Assembly: GCA_963741945.1 (NCBI GenBank)
Contig: CAVUKA010000004.1
Location: 96,001-160,000, forward strand
Length of the DNA stretch: 64,000 nucleotides
From: an uncultured Gemmatimonadales bacterium
GTDB lineage: Bacteria > Gemmatimonadota > Gemmatimonadetes > Longimicrobiales > RSA9
Direction: 5' to 3'
Part shown: piece after piece, positions 1-10,156 of the stretch
Layout: each line of letters opens with the position of its first letter
Numbering within the stretch: the first letter of the stretch is position 1
Notes under the pieces: generated by a model
The model's database searches: none
What the model was told of the DNA's origin: nothing
What the model saw: the letters and a program-made list of their open reading frames with translations, nothing else
Translations under genes and position numbers: made by a program

Positions 1-852
1 CGTGTTGCCCGGGTACGAGCGCAGGCTCGTGCTCCCCGTTTCCTGGATCCGCTTCACCTGGTCGGGCTGCACGGGGATGTCCACCTGGATCCCATGCGTG
101 ATCAGCTCCGTCAGGAGCGTGGCCGGCTCCGGGATCACGCGGAAGACGATCCGGTCCGCCGCCGGCGCCCCACCGAGCCCCTCCGGGAACGAGTCGTTCG
201 CCACGATCACGAGCCGGTCGTTCGCCCGCCACTCGCCGAAACGGAACGGACCGCTGCCCACCGGGTGACGGTTGAATTCGGAGTTCTTCAGCTGCGCCGG
301 CGAGACTCCCTCCAGGATGTGCTTCGGCACCGGCGCCCACCAGAAGTCCTCCACCGCCTGGGCGTGTGGCCGGGTGAACGTGAAGCGGATGGTGTGCGCA
401 TCGACGACGTCCGCCGACTTCACCGATCCCAGGTACGCTGCGCCGACGAGTGAGCCGGTCTCCGGCGCCTTCGCCAGGTCGAACGTGAACTTCACATCTT
501 CCGCGGTCACGGGTGCGCCATCGTGCCACCGCACGTCATCGCGGAGCGCGAAGACGATGGCGGTGTCGCCTTCCAGGGTCCACCCGGCCGCCAGGTACGG
601 CTCCGGCTCGAGCTGGTCATTGTACTGGATGAGTGGTGTGAACAGCCCGTACTTCAGGATCTGGTCCGTGTCGATGCTCGTGTTCGTCACGGGATTCAGG
701 CCGCTGAAGTCGCTGCGCACCCCCACCGCCACCGTGCCGCCGTGCCCGGCGCTGCGGTCTCCGCCACAGCCTGACAGCGCTGCGCTCGCGACGGCGATTG
801 TCGCCACGAAGGCCAGCCGCGCCGTGGTCCCGGTGCTGCAGTTCCCGCTCAT
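1..852 (-). CDS. ABC transporter peptide/nickel substrate-binding lipoprotein (family 5), runs off window start
   Basis: Translated by eye (absent from ORF track): MSGNC...ALSGCGG lipobox, LRDDVRWHDGAPVTAEDVKFTF and PVGSGPFRF family-5 motifs; GGAGG RBS upstream. Confidence 0.9.
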   Translation of the reverse strand, partial: MSGNCSTGTTARLAFVATIAVASAALSGCGGDRSAGHGGTVAVGVRSDFSGLNPVTNTSIDTDQILKYGLFTPLIQYNDQLEPEPYLAAGWTLEGDTAIVFALRDDVRWHDGAPVTAEDVKFTFDLAKAPETGSLVGAAYLGSVKSADVVDAHTIRFTFTRPHAQAVEDFWWAPVPKHILEGVSPAQLKNSEFNRHPVGSGPFRFGEWRANDRLVIVANDSFPEGLGGAPAADRIVFRVIPEPATLLTELITHGIQVDIPVQPDQVKRIQETGSTSLRSYPGNT

Positions 853-879
853 CCGCTCCTCCCCTGCTCGGCTACGCGC

Positions 880-1785
880 TCACCGACGCCACGTCCATTC
901 CCTGGATCCGAATCGCGCGTCCAGGTCACGGGCACGGCGCTGCTCCTGCACGGTCAGCGCCGCAGGGGCAAGTCCAATGCCGAGCGCCTCTTCGAAGCCG
1001 CCGACCACCGCCGCCGCCAGCTCTCCCCACGTCGGGCGACGACCGAGCTCCGCCGACACCGTGGTCCACGCGATGCTCCCGCGCTGACCCGACAGCAGCA
1101 GCTCTTCCGCGGCCGCCTGGCTCCCCCCCACCAGGATGCTCCCGTGCTGGAGAATGGTTCGACCCTCGGTACGCTGGGCGCTCCCGATCAGCTTCCGCCC
1201 CCGTGACACCACCTCCCCCTGTGCCGGCGTCCGGAAGCACGCCGACAGCCAGTCGTGGCCTTCCGCGCCGGCGCCGCCCGGTCGCGGAGCTCCGGCCAGC
1301 GACGCCGCCAGGCCGAGTCGCCGCAGCCCGGCCACCAGCGCGCCATTGATCAGCCGGTACGCCGCGCGCGGCTTGCCGATCACGCCTACACCGGCGATCA
1401 CCGCGTACGTCAGCTCATCATCGTGAAGCACGGCCTGCCCGCCCGTGGGCCGACGCACGAACGCGATCCCGCGCTCGGCCGCGGCCGCCTCGTCATACAG
1501 GCCCGCCGCCGGCTGGTTGCGGCCGAACGACAGCGTGGCCGGATCCCAGCGGTAGAGGCGGAGCACGGGCGGCGCGCCGCCCCGTACGGCCTCGAGGAGG
1601 GCCGCGTCCAGTCCCATGTTCGCCGCGCCCGTTTCCGCGCGCGGGCTCTCGTCCGCTCCCAACCCGACCAGACGCCACTCCGCAGCCGCGCGCGGCCCAT
1701 CCGGAGCGCGAGCCGCCTCCACCGCGCCCTCCCCCTCTTGCTCGTGCGCCTGCCCCAACCGTCCTCCCGCGCTCGGCTGACTCAT
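880..1785 (-). CDS. Lipoate-protein ligase A / LipM-type octanoyltransferase
   Basis: NMGLDAALL, LRLYRW, SFGRNQ, VRRPTGGQAVLHD, KLIGSAQ, LQHGS motifs; start uncertain. Confidence 0.88.
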   Translation of the reverse strand: MSQPSAGGRLGQAHEQEGEGAVEAARAPDGPRAAAEWRLVGLGADESPRAETGAANMGLDAALLEAVRGGAPPVLRLYRWDPATLSFGRNQPAAGLYDEAAAAERGIAFVRRPTGGQAVLHDDELTYAVIAGVGVIGKPRAAYRLINGALVAGLRRLGLAASLAGAPRPGGAGAEGHDWLSACFRTPAQGEVVSRGRKLIGSAQRTEGRTILQHGSILVGGSQAAAEELLLSGQRGSIAWTTVSAELGRRPTWGELAAAVVGGFEEALGIGLAPAALTVQEQRRARDLDARFGSREWTWRR

Positions 1786-1883
1786 GATGCCCCGGTGTGC
1801 CGGGGCACGGGGCCCCGGTCGGTGGCCGGAAGCTAAGGGCGGCGCGGGTCGCGGGCTATCGGTCGGCCGCCCATCCGGGAGGG

Positions 1884-2276
1884 CTATGCCATCCGGGCGC
1901 CGTGCTCGGCCAGCAGCTCCCGCAGGACGGACCGGTGACACCGGCCCTCGTCCTCACAGTAGCAGCCCACCGAGAAGTCAGTGGCATGCGAGAGGGCGGC
2001 CAGCAGGTCCAGGTCGTGCCTGGCGGCCGGCTCCTTCATCTCCGAGCGGTACTTCCGCTTGAACGCAGCCCATTGCGCCGGCGTGTCCGCGGCTTGCGCC
2101 ATCTTCACCGTTTCCGCGCTCGGGGCCAGGTTGGGGAACCACACGTCGTACCAGTCCTGCGCCGCGAACTGGTCCTTCGGCACGCCGCGAGGCGGGCGGC
2201 GGACCGTCCCGACGCGCACCCCCTCTCCCGGCACCCGCGGCGTTCCCAGCCGCACCACTCGTATGCTCATTGCCAT
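1884..2276 (-). CDS. DUF488 / YeaO family protein
   Basis: VRRPPRGVPK, WFPNLAPS, F..KY..EM, CYCEDE..CHR pattern. Confidence 0.8.
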   Translation of the reverse strand: MAMSIRVVRLGTPRVPGEGVRVGTVRRPPRGVPKDQFAAQDWYDVWFPNLAPSAETVKMAQAADTPAQWAAFKRKYRSEMKEPAARHDLDLLAALSHATDFSVGCYCEDEGRCHRSVLRELLAEHGARMA

Positions 2277-2346
2277 CCCTCCACGACCCGGAAATCAGCG
2301 CGCGCGGGTGTGCGCGAGATCCCCAGAGACAGGCAAAGGGAGATGG

Positions 2347-2376
2347 CAAAGGCCGGACCCGCCGATGGGCCCGGCC
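2347..2376 (-). terminator. Possible intrinsic terminator after gcvP
   Basis: GGCCGGGCCC/GGGTCCGGCC stem followed by a short TTT on minus strand. Confidence 0.4.
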
Positions 2377-2399
2377 CCCACCTCTCCCGGCCTCGACCG

Positions 2400-5315
2400 C
2401 TACACGGCAGCCGGCTCGTATTCCTCCACGGGCGGGCACGTGCACACCAGGTTGCGGTCCCCGAACGCAGACTGGATCCGCCCGACCGTGGGCCAGATCT
2501 TCTGCTCGCGGCCCGGCTCCGGGAACGCCGCAAGCTCGCGAGAGTACGGCCGGTCCCAGTCGCTGCTCACCACCATGTCCACGGTGTGCGGCGCGCCATG
2601 GAGCGGGTTGTTCTCCTGGTCCCACTCCCCGCTCTCGATCTTCCGGATCTCGTCCCGGATCGCGATCATCGCGTCGCAGAAGCGATCGAGCTCCTCCTTC
2701 GACTCGCTCTCGGTGGGCTCCACCATGAGCGTCCCCGCCACCGGGAAGCTGACCGTGGGGGCGTGGAAGCCGTAGTCCATGAGCCGCTTGGCGATGTCGA
2801 TGGCGTCCACGCCCGTGGCCGGCTTCAGCGGACGTGGGTCGATGATGCATTCGTGCGCCACCGTCCCGTTCCGCCCCGTGTACAGCACGTCGAAATGCCC
2901 CTCCAGCCGCTTGGCCACGTAGTTCGCGTTCAGGATCGCCGTCTTCGTGGCCAGCGTGACGCCCTCCGCCCCCAGCATCCGGATGTACATCCAGGAGATG
3001 GGCAGGATGCTCGGGCTGCCGAACGGCGCCGCGCTCACCGCCCCGATCCCGTGCTCCCCGCCCGTCTTCACCACCGCGTGGCCGGGGAGGAAGGGCGCGA
3101 GGTGCTCCGCCACCCCGATGGGGCCCATGCCCGGGCCGCCGCCGCCATGCGGGATGGCGAACGTCTTGTGCAGGTTCAGGTGCGCCACGTCGCCGCCCCA
3201 GTCGCCCGGCCGGCTCACGCCCACCATGGCGTTCATGTTGGCGCCATCGATGTAGACCTGTCCGCCGTTCTCGTGCACGATCTGGCAGATCTCGCGAATC
3301 GCTTCCTCGAAGATCCCGTGCGTGGACGGGTACGTGACCATGATCGCGGCCAGCGTGTCCCGGTTCGCCTCGGCTTTCGACCGCAGGTCTTCCACGTCGA
3401 TGTTGCCGGCCTCGTCCGTCTTCACGACGACGACTTCGAATCCGGCCATCACCGAGCTCGCCGGGTTCGTCCCGTGCGCCGACTGCGGGATCAGGCACAC
3501 GTTCCGGTGCCCCTCGCCGCGCCCCTCGTGATAGCCCCGGATCGTCAGCAGCCCCGTCAGCTCCCCCTGGCTACCGGCGTTCGGCATGAAGCTGACCGCG
3601 TGGAAGCCCGTGATCTCCGCCAGCCACGCCCCAAGCTGATCGATCATCTCGTGGTATCCCGCCGCCTGGTCCGCCGGCACGAACGGATGCAGCGCCGCGA
3701 ACTCCGGCCACGTGATCGGATACATCTCCGCCGTGGCGTTCAGCTTGAGCGTGCAGGAGCCGAGCGGGATCATGGACCCCGTCAGCGAGACATCCCTGTT
3801 CTCCAGCCGCTTCAGGTACCGCAGCATCTCGTGCTCGGCATGGAAGCCGTGGAAGACCGGGTGCGTGAGGTACGCGCTCGTGCGCTGGAACGGCTCGGGG
3901 AAGTGCGGCTCGAGCTCGCCCGCCAGCCCGTCCATCCACCCCCGCGCGGTGCTGCGGGCGACGGCGTCGCCTTCACCCCCGGCGCCGAACACCTCCACCA
4001 GGTCGAGCAGGTCATCGCGCGACACCGTCTCGTCCAGCGACACGCCGAGCGTGAACTCGTCCACGACCCGCAGGTTGATCCCCTTCTCCTTCGCCGACCT
4101 CAGGATGGCGTCCACCCGGCCCTGCCCCACTTCCACACGCAGCGTGTCGAAGAACGGACGGTGCACGATGGTGTGCCCCAGCTTCTCCAGCATGTCTGCC
4201 GCCGCGGCGGTCAGGCGATGCACCCGGACCGCAATGGCGCGCAGCCCGTCCGGGCCGTGATAGACCGCGTACATGGCCGCGATCACCGCCAGCAGCACCT
4301 GCGCCGTGCACACGTTGCTCGTGGCCTTCTCGCGACGGATGTGCTGCTCACGCGTCTGGAGCGCCATGTAGTAGGCGTCCTTTCCACGGCTGTCCTTCGA
4401 GATGCCGATGATCCGACCTGGCATCTGGCGCTTGAGCTCGTCTCTGGTCGCGAAGAACGCCGCGTGCGGACCACCGAATCCCATGGGGACACCGAAGCGC
4501 TGCGTGCTCCCCACCGCCACGTCCGCACCCCACTCGCCGGGCGGCGTGAGCAGCGTCAGCGCCAGCAGATCCGATGCGGCCACCACCAGCGCACCGGCCG
4601 CGTGAGCCTTCTCCACCAGCGGCCGGTGGTCCGTGACGGCGCCATCGCCGGCGGGGTACTGGACGAGTACGCCGAAGACATCGTCGCCGATCTCCCACTC
4701 GGCCGGGCTCCCCACTTCCACGGTCCAGCCCCGCGCCCGAGCCCGCGTCCGGACCACGTCCACGGTCTGCGGGAAAACGTCGTCGGAAACGAGAAAGCGG
4801 GTGCGATTCCCCTTTGCCGCGGCGTGGCAGAGCGCCATTGCCTCGGCGGCCGCCGTGGCCTCGTCCAGCAACGATGCGTTCGCCACCGCGAGGCCGGTCA
4901 GGTCGCTGATCATGGTCTGATAGACCAGCAGCGCCTCCAGGCGCCCCTGCGAGATCTCCGCCTGGTATGGCGTGTACGCCGTGTACCAGCCCGGGTTCTC
5001 GAGGATGTTCCGCTGGATCACCGGCGGCGTGATCGTGCCGTAATAGCCCATCCCAATGTAGGAGCGGGCCACGCGGTTCTTCACCGCGATCGAGCGGAGC
5101 TCCTTCAGAGCCTCGTACTCCGAGAGAGGCGGGTCGAGCTGGAGCGGACGGTCGAGCCGGATCGCCTCCGGCACCGCGGTCCCCACCAGCGCGTCGAGGG
5201 TGTCGTAGCCCACCGTCTCCAGCATCTCCGCGATGTCGCTCTCGCGGGGTCCCAGATGACGGCGGATGAACAGGTCGGTGTAAGCCAGCGAATGGCGTCT
5301 ATCTTGGACGGACAT
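2400..5315 (-). CDS. gcvP: Glycine dehydrogenase (decarboxylating), single-chain P protein
   Basis: [43 protein letters not shown] (PLP Lys), [10 protein letters not shown]. Confidence 0.97.
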   Translation of the reverse strand: MSVQDRRHSLAYTDLFIRRHLGPRESDIAEMLETVGYDTLDALVGTAVPEAIRLDRPLQLDPPLSEYEALKELRSIAVKNRVARSYIGMGYYGTITPPVIQRNILENPGWYTAYTPYQAEISQGRLEALLVYQTMISDLTGLAVANASLLDEATAAAEAMALCHAAAKGNRTRFLVSDDVFPQTVDVVRTRARARGWTVEVGSPAEWEIGDDVFGVLVQYPAGDGAVTDHRPLVEKAHAAGALVVAASDLLALTLLTPPGEWGADVAVGSTQRFGVPMGFGGPHAAFFATRDELKRQMPGRIIGISKDSRGKDAYYMALQTREQHIRREKATSNVCTAQVLLAVIAAMYAVYHGPDGLRAIAVRVHRLTAAAADMLEKLGHTIVHRPFFDTLRVEVGQGRVDAILRSAKEKGINLRVVDEFTLGVSLDETVSRDDLLDLVEVFGAGGEGDAVARSTARGWMDGLAGELEPHFPEPFQRTSAYLTHPVFHGFHAEHEMLRYLKRLENRDVSLTGSMIPLGSCTLKLNATAEMYPITWPEFAALHPFVPADQAAGYHEMIDQLGAWLAEITGFHAVSFMPNAGSQGELTGLLTIRGYHEGRGEGHRNVCLIPQSAHGTNPASSVMAGFEVVVVKTDEAGNIDVEDLRSKAEANRDTLAAIMVTYPSTHGIFEEAIREICQIVHENGGQVYIDGANMNAMVGVSRPGDWGGDVAHLNLHKTFAIPHGGGGPGMGPIGVAEHLAPFLPGHAVVKTGGEHGIGAVSAAPFGSPSILPISWMYIRMLGAEGVTLATKTAILNANYVAKRLEGHFDVLYTGRNGTVAHECIIDPRPLKPATGVDAIDIAKRLMDYGFHAPTVSFPVAGTLMVEPTESESKEELDRFCDAMIAIRDEIRKIESGEWDQENNPLHGAPHTVDMVVSSDWDRPYSRELAAFPEPGREQKIWPTVGRIQSAFGDRNLVCTCPPVEEYEPAAV

Positions 5316-5608
5316 CGTTCCGCTTTGATCGCGTGAGATCGCCGCCCGCCCACGGGCGGCAAAGCATTGAATGATACAGCCGACGGAAGACGTGAGAAAG
5401 CCTGCGGCCGCCCCGGCGGGGTAGGCGCGCGGCCATCGCTTCGTGGCGGGCACCCTCAACCCCTCCCCCACAGCCACGACACGATGTGCGCGAAGATCCC
5501 GAAGCGCACGAAGAACCGGTCACCCGCCGCCGCCGCACACCGCGCCTTCCCCCTTCCCCCCGGCATCCCGCGGGTGCCCCCCGCACCAACCGGCGATATC
5601 TTCCTCCG

Positions 5609-6100
5609 ATGCCCAGCACCGCCCGACGCCTCGAGTCCGCCTGGCGACGCCTCTCCCGCCTCCCCGGCGGGCACCGGCTGTTCGACCGCCTCCTCGGCCG
5701 CCTGGTCCCGTACTCCGGCAGCATCCGCCCCCGCGTCCTCGCGCTCGAGCCCGGGCGCGCCGTGGTCCGGATCCACGAGCGACGCGGGCTCCACAACCAC
5801 CTGGACTCGATCCACGCCATCGCCCTCGCCAACCTCGGCGAGCTCGCGAGTGGCCTGGCCATGACCATGGCCCTCCCGCGCGACGTGCGAGGCATCCCGA
5901 TCCGCCTCCAGATCGCCTACCTGAAGAAGGCGCGTGGCACCATCACCGCCGTGGGTCGCGCCTCACCGCCGGCCCGCGTGGTCGCGGACACCGAGGACGC
6001 GGCTACGGCGGAAATGAGGGACGAGGGCGGCGACGTGGTGGCGCGGATCCGGGTGCACTGGAGGCTGTCGCCGGAACCCCCATCAGGGACGGACCGATGA
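5609..6100 (+). CDS. Hotdog-fold PaaI-like thioesterase (DUF4442-like)
   Basis: VPYSGSIRP, HNHLDSIHAIALANLGE, YLKKARG; ATGA overlap with next gene. Confidence 0.8.
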   Translation: MPSTARRLESAWRRLSRLPGGHRLFDRLLGRLVPYSGSIRPRVLALEPGRAVVRIHERRGLHNHLDSIHAIALANLGELASGLAMTMALPRDVRGIPIRLQIAYLKKARGTITAVGRASPPARVVADTEDAATAEMRDEGGDVVARIRVHWRLSPEPPSGTDR

Positions 6101-7077
6101 ACCTGGATACCCGCCTCACCGCCCACGCGGGCATCGCCATCCCGGTCATCGGGGGCGCCATGTACCCCTGCTCGAACCCGGAGCTGGTGGCGGCCGTCAG
6201 CGAGGCGGGCGGGATCGGCGTGGTCCAGCCGGTATCCCTCACCTACGTCCACGGCCACGACTTCCGGGAAGGGCTCCGCTACATCCGCCGCCTCACCGCG
6301 AAGCCCATCGGGATGAACGCCCTCATAGAGTCGTCGTCGCGGGCATACGAGAAGCGGATGGAGCAGTGGGTGGACATCGCCCTGGAAGAGGGGATCCGCT
6401 TCTTCGTCACGTCTCTCGGCAAGCCGACGTGGGTGGTGACGCGCGTGGCGGCGGCGGGCGGCGTGGTGTACCACGACGTCACCGAGCGCAAATGGGCGCT
6501 GAAGGGGCTGGAGAGCGGAGTCCACGGACTCATCGCCGTGAACCGGCGCGCGGGCGGCCACGCGGGGCCGAAATCGCCCGCGGAGCTCATGGACGAGCTC
6601 GGTGACCTGGGCGTCCCGCTGGTCTGCGCCGGTGGCGTGGCCACGCCCGAGGAATTCGTCGCCGCCCTCCGTCTCGGCTATGCCGGCGTGCAGATGGGCA
6701 CGCGCTTCATCGCCACCACCGAGTGCACGGCAGCGCAGCCGTACAAGCAGGCCATTCTCGAATCGGACGAGGACGACATCGTTCTCACGGAGCGCATCAC
6801 CGGGGTGCCGGTGGCCGTGATCCGCACGCCGTACATCGAGCGCCTGGGAACGCGCGCGGGGCCCCTCGCCCGCTGGATGCTGCGCGGGCGTCGTCGCAAG
6901 AAGCTCATGCGGGCGATCTACGCGCTCTGGTCCGGCTGGCGGCTGAAGCGCTCGTCCTATGACGAGACCGGGCGCCACGACTTCTGGCAGGCCGGCCGGA
7001 GCGTGGCCGGCATCCAGGACGTCAGCCCCGCGGGAGAGGTGGTCCGGGAACTGGCGGAGGCGGCGAAGTCGGCCTGA
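6097..7077 (+). CDS. Nitronate monooxygenase / FabK-like FMN oxidoreductase
   Basis: GGAMYPCSNPELVAAVSEAGGIG, AGGHAG, AGGV, GVQMGTRFIATTEC, WQAG. Confidence 0.88.
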   Translation: MNLDTRLTAHAGIAIPVIGGAMYPCSNPELVAAVSEAGGIGVVQPVSLTYVHGHDFREGLRYIRRLTAKPIGMNALIESSSRAYEKRMEQWVDIALEEGIRFFVTSLGKPTWVVTRVAAAGGVVYHDVTERKWALKGLESGVHGLIAVNRRAGGHAGPKSPAELMDELGDLGVPLVCAGGVATPEEFVAALRLGYAGVQMGTRFIATTECTAAQPYKQAILESDEDDIVLTERITGVPVAVIRTPYIERLGTRAGPLARWMLRGRRRKKLMRAIYALWSGWRLKRSSYDETGRHDFWQAGRSVAGIQDVSPAGEVVRELAEAAKSA

Positions 7078-7173
7078 GGCGGGGAGCGGCCGGCGGCCAC
7101 CCCGTCGTGGCTATGTGCGAGCCCCGCACGCCGGCCCGCCTTCTCCACCCCCCGCCCGCGCGGCGCCGCGCTG

Positions 7174-9273
7174 TTACCGGATCGCCGCCTGCACCGGGTG
7201 CTCCGCGCGCAGCCGCGCCAGCGAGCCCTCCCAGTCCGCCCGCGGCTCGGCCAGCTCCCCCTTCACGTACAGGTCGTACCAGTCCAGGTACCGCTGGTAG
7301 CGGTCCTTGATGAATGCCGGGCTCCGGAAGCCGTGGTGCTCGCCCGGGTACACCACGAGGAGCGTCGGCCGACCGAGTCGCTTCAGCGCCTGGTACAGCT
7401 GCTCCGAGTTCAGGATTGGCACGTTCCAGTCGATGGAGCCGCCCATGACGAGCGTGGGCGTGGTGACGTTCTCCACCTTGTTGAACGGGGAGATCCGTTC
7501 CCAGTTCTCCGCCGTCGGGCCCCACGGCAGCCCCAGCTCCGCTTCCCACACGTGCTGGTAGTGGTCGTGCCCGTAGTTGGACCGGTAGAGCACTTCGCTC
7601 GCGCCACTGATCGCCGCCTCGAACCGGTCGGTGGAAGTGATGACGTAGTTCGTCAGGATCCCGCCGTACGACCACCCGCCCACGCCCATGTGGTCCGGAT
7701 CGGCGTATCCGTCCGCGATCGCCTTGTCCAGTGCGGACAGCACGTCCGCCACCGGCTTCTCCCCCCAGTCCGCGAAGATCGCGGCGCTGAACGCCTGACC
7801 ATACCCCGAGGAGCCGCGCGGGTTGGCCCGCACCACCACGTAGTCATGGGCCGCGAACAGCTGCGAGTCGAAATCGAACGACCAGTCGAACTGGGCCACC
7901 GGGCCGCCGTGCAGGCGGAGCAGGACGGGATAGCGCTGCCCCTCCCGGTAGTCCGGCGGGAGCGTCACCCACCCCTCGATCTCCGTCCCGTCCGCCGAGC
8001 TGGAGTGGATGTTCCGCACCTCGGCCAGGCGGTGTTGCGCCAGGAACGCGTCGTTCACGTGCGTGAGCCGCTCGGGACCCCGCCGGCCCAGCTTGTACAC
8101 CTCGAACGGCTGCCGGGGAGAGCTGATCAGCATGACGACGTCCCCCGTCGGCCCCACGTGCTCGCTGGACACTACCTCGTCCCCGGCCACCACGCGCTCG
8201 AAGCCGCGGCCATCGGCACCGATCCGCGCCAGCTGCTGCGCACCGCTGTCCTCCAGATTGAACCAGATCCGCCCTTTCGGATCGAACGCGGGATCCGACA
8301 CGTTCCGGTCCAGCGCCGGCGTCAGCAGCCGCGGCTCACCCCCCTCCGCCGGGATCAGTGCCAGCTGGTTCACGGCGTACCAGATCAGATCCGGCTCCGT
8401 GTCCGTCACGTACGCGATCGACCGGCCGTCGGGGCTCCATGCCGGTGACCCGTCCGGGCCGGGGTTCGTGGTCAGCTGCCGCGGCGCCGGAACGGGGCCA
8501 TCAGCGCTCAGCGTGACCGGAACATCCACGATCCATACATCCGTGTTTTCGCTGGAATCGGCCTCCGGCATGCGCTTGCTCACGAACGCCACGTGCCGCC
8601 CGTCCGGGCTCCAGGCGGCCCCCGCATCGTCGTAGTCGCCGTCCGTGATCTGCTGGAGCACCTTCGCTTCCAGGTCGTAGACGTACAGGTGATCCCGACG
8701 CCGATTCAGGTAGCCGGCATAGTCCTGCTTGAACTGGAGGCGGTCGATGACGAATGGCTTCTTCATCTCCTCCGCATCCTTCTTCGCGGCGGCCGAGTCC
8801 TCGGGTGAAGGTTCGGGATCCGTGATCGAGAGCAGCACCCGCTTCCCAGCCGGCGACCACTGGTACCCGTTCACGCCCTGCTTCACCTCCGTCAGCGGCT
8901 GCGCCTCGCCGCCCCGCCGGTCCAGCGCCCATACCTGCGTCTTCCCCTCGTTGCGCGACGCCGTGAAGGAGAGCCAGCGGCCGTCCGGGCTGAAGCGCGG
9001 CGACCCGGCGGACATGCCCTCCATGGTCATGGGCATGGGCTCGCCGCCCGACATCGGCGCCATCCAGATCCGGCTCTGGATCTTCCCTTCGTCCAGCTCC
9101 GTGGTCCCCACCGTGTAGGCCACCCAGCGGCCGTCCGGGCTCACCCGCGGGCTCCCCACCCGCTGGATACGGAACGCATCGTCGATCTCGAGCCTGCCCG
9201 GCGCCTCCTGTGCCGCTGCACTCCCGGCCAGGACCAGCGCCAGGGCCAGTCCGCCACTCCAGATCCGCTTCAT
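7174..9273 (-). CDS. Secreted S9 family peptidase (acylaminoacyl/dipeptidyl) with PD40 beta-propeller
   Basis: Signal peptide, repeated WSPDG, HGGP, GWSYGG nucleophile, D.NVP, YPGEHHG. Confidence 0.93.
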   Translation of the reverse strand: MKRIWSGGLALALVLAGSAAAQEAPGRLEIDDAFRIQRVGSPRVSPDGRWVAYTVGTTELDEGKIQSRIWMAPMSGGEPMPMTMEGMSAGSPRFSPDGRWLSFTASRNEGKTQVWALDRRGGEAQPLTEVKQGVNGYQWSPAGKRVLLSITDPEPSPEDSAAAKKDAEEMKKPFVIDRLQFKQDYAGYLNRRRDHLYVYDLEAKVLQQITDGDYDDAGAAWSPDGRHVAFVSKRMPEADSSENTDVWIVDVPVTLSADGPVPAPRQLTTNPGPDGSPAWSPDGRSIAYVTDTEPDLIWYAVNQLALIPAEGGEPRLLTPALDRNVSDPAFDPKGRIWFNLEDSGAQQLARIGADGRGFERVVAGDEVVSSEHVGPTGDVVMLISSPRQPFEVYKLGRRGPERLTHVNDAFLAQHRLAEVRNIHSSSADGTEIEGWVTLPPDYREGQRYPVLLRLHGGPVAQFDWSFDFDSQLFAAHDYVVVRANPRGSSGYGQAFSAAIFADWGEKPVADVLSALDKAIADGYADPDHMGVGGWSYGGILTNYVITSTDRFEAAISGASEVLYRSNYGHDHYQHVWEAELGLPWGPTAENWERISPFNKVENVTTPTLVMGGSIDWNVPILNSEQLYQALKRLGRPTLLVVYPGEHHGFRSPAFIKDRYQRYLDWYDLYVKGELAEPRADWEGSLARLRAEHPVQAAIR

Positions 9274-9511
9274 TGCATCCCTCCGTCTCGAGACAAGCTT
9301 GCCGGCGGGGCACGCTCGCCCCGCCCGTATTTGCCCGCACACGGCTCGAACTACCCGCCTCGCGGCCGCGTCTCAACTGGCTTGTGGGTGTGCATGCGAC
9401 GGTAGCCGCTTTCGCTTCCGCCCGCCAGCCGACGGGATCCCATCCCGGGAGCGGCTCGGCGGACCTGCCCCGCGACGAGCGCGGCGCCCCGGGACGTGCC
9501 GGCAGGGCAGC

Positions 9512-10156
9512 TCAGTCGTCGTCGTCCGCTTCGAAGCCTTCCACCCCTTCCCGAACCAGCCACGGCACCATGAGCAGCGCCGCCAGCGGATCCGCCCACC
9601 ACCAGCCGGCAACGGCATTGGCCACGAGGCCGAGGAGGAGCGTGAACGACAGGTACGAGCAGGCCAGCGTTTCCTTCGCCTCGGCACGCAGCGCCCCGCT
9701 CCCGAGCGCCGCTGCGGTCCGCAGCTTGGCCACGGCCAGCCCGGGCATGATCACGAGGGAGGCGGCCGCGATGCCGATCCCGAGGAGGCTCTCGGATGCT
9801 CGTTGCTGGCCGGTCAGGTGCAGACCGGCCTCCACCAGGACATAGGCCGCGAGAAGGAAGAAGGTGGCGCCAACCACCTTTCGCACGCGCGATTCCGCCT
9901 CCGCAACGGCTTCCTCCGCACCCCCCCGCCACTGGACCCGGAAGCGCCACAGAACCACCATGGCGGCGGCCAGCTCGATGACGCTGTCGAGCCCGAAGCC
10001 CACCAGCGCGATGCTGCGCGCGCTCATGCCCGCCCACACCGCCAGCCCCGCCTCGACCACGTTGTACGCGGCGGTGCCGGTCAGGAGCCAGTACGCGCGT
10101 CGGACCCACCGCTCCGTTTCGCGGCCGTCCGCGCCCGACCGAAGGGCGGCGCTCAC
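9512..10156 (-). CDS. Cation diffusion facilitator-like transporter (membrane domain only)
   Basis: YNVVEA, SIALVGFGLDSVIE, GWWWADP; GTG start overlapping upstream TGA. Confidence 0.8.
   Translation of the reverse strand: MSAALRSGADGRETERWVRRAYWLLTGTAAYNVVEAGLAVWAGMSARSIALVGFGLDSVIELAAAMVVLWRFRVQWRGGAEEAVAEAESRVRKVVGATFFLLAAYVLVEAGLHLTGQQRASESLLGIGIAAASLVIMPGLAVAKLRTAAALGSGALRAEAKETLACSYLSFTLLLGLVANAVAGWWWADPLAALLMVPWLVREGVEGFEADDDD

Noticed and set aside
1797..5336. 1179-aa plus-strand ORF and similar long antisense ORFs (e.g. 33872-36742, 61451-63367, 10183-11808)
   Set aside because: Shadow frames of real genes; high GC suppresses stop codons, and the translations are Arg/Pro/His-rich with no motifs
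5316..5600. Glycine riboswitch upstream of gcvP
   Set aside because: No GGAGA / CCGAAG / CUCAGG aptamer motifs seen; only a short hairpin-containing leader
5443..6096. N-terminal extension of the nitronate monooxygenase; also the ORF-track extensions of actD (to 33639), the TrxB-like gene and susC
   Set aside because: They overlap real upstream genes or leaders; better starts with RBS or stop-start coupling lie downstream
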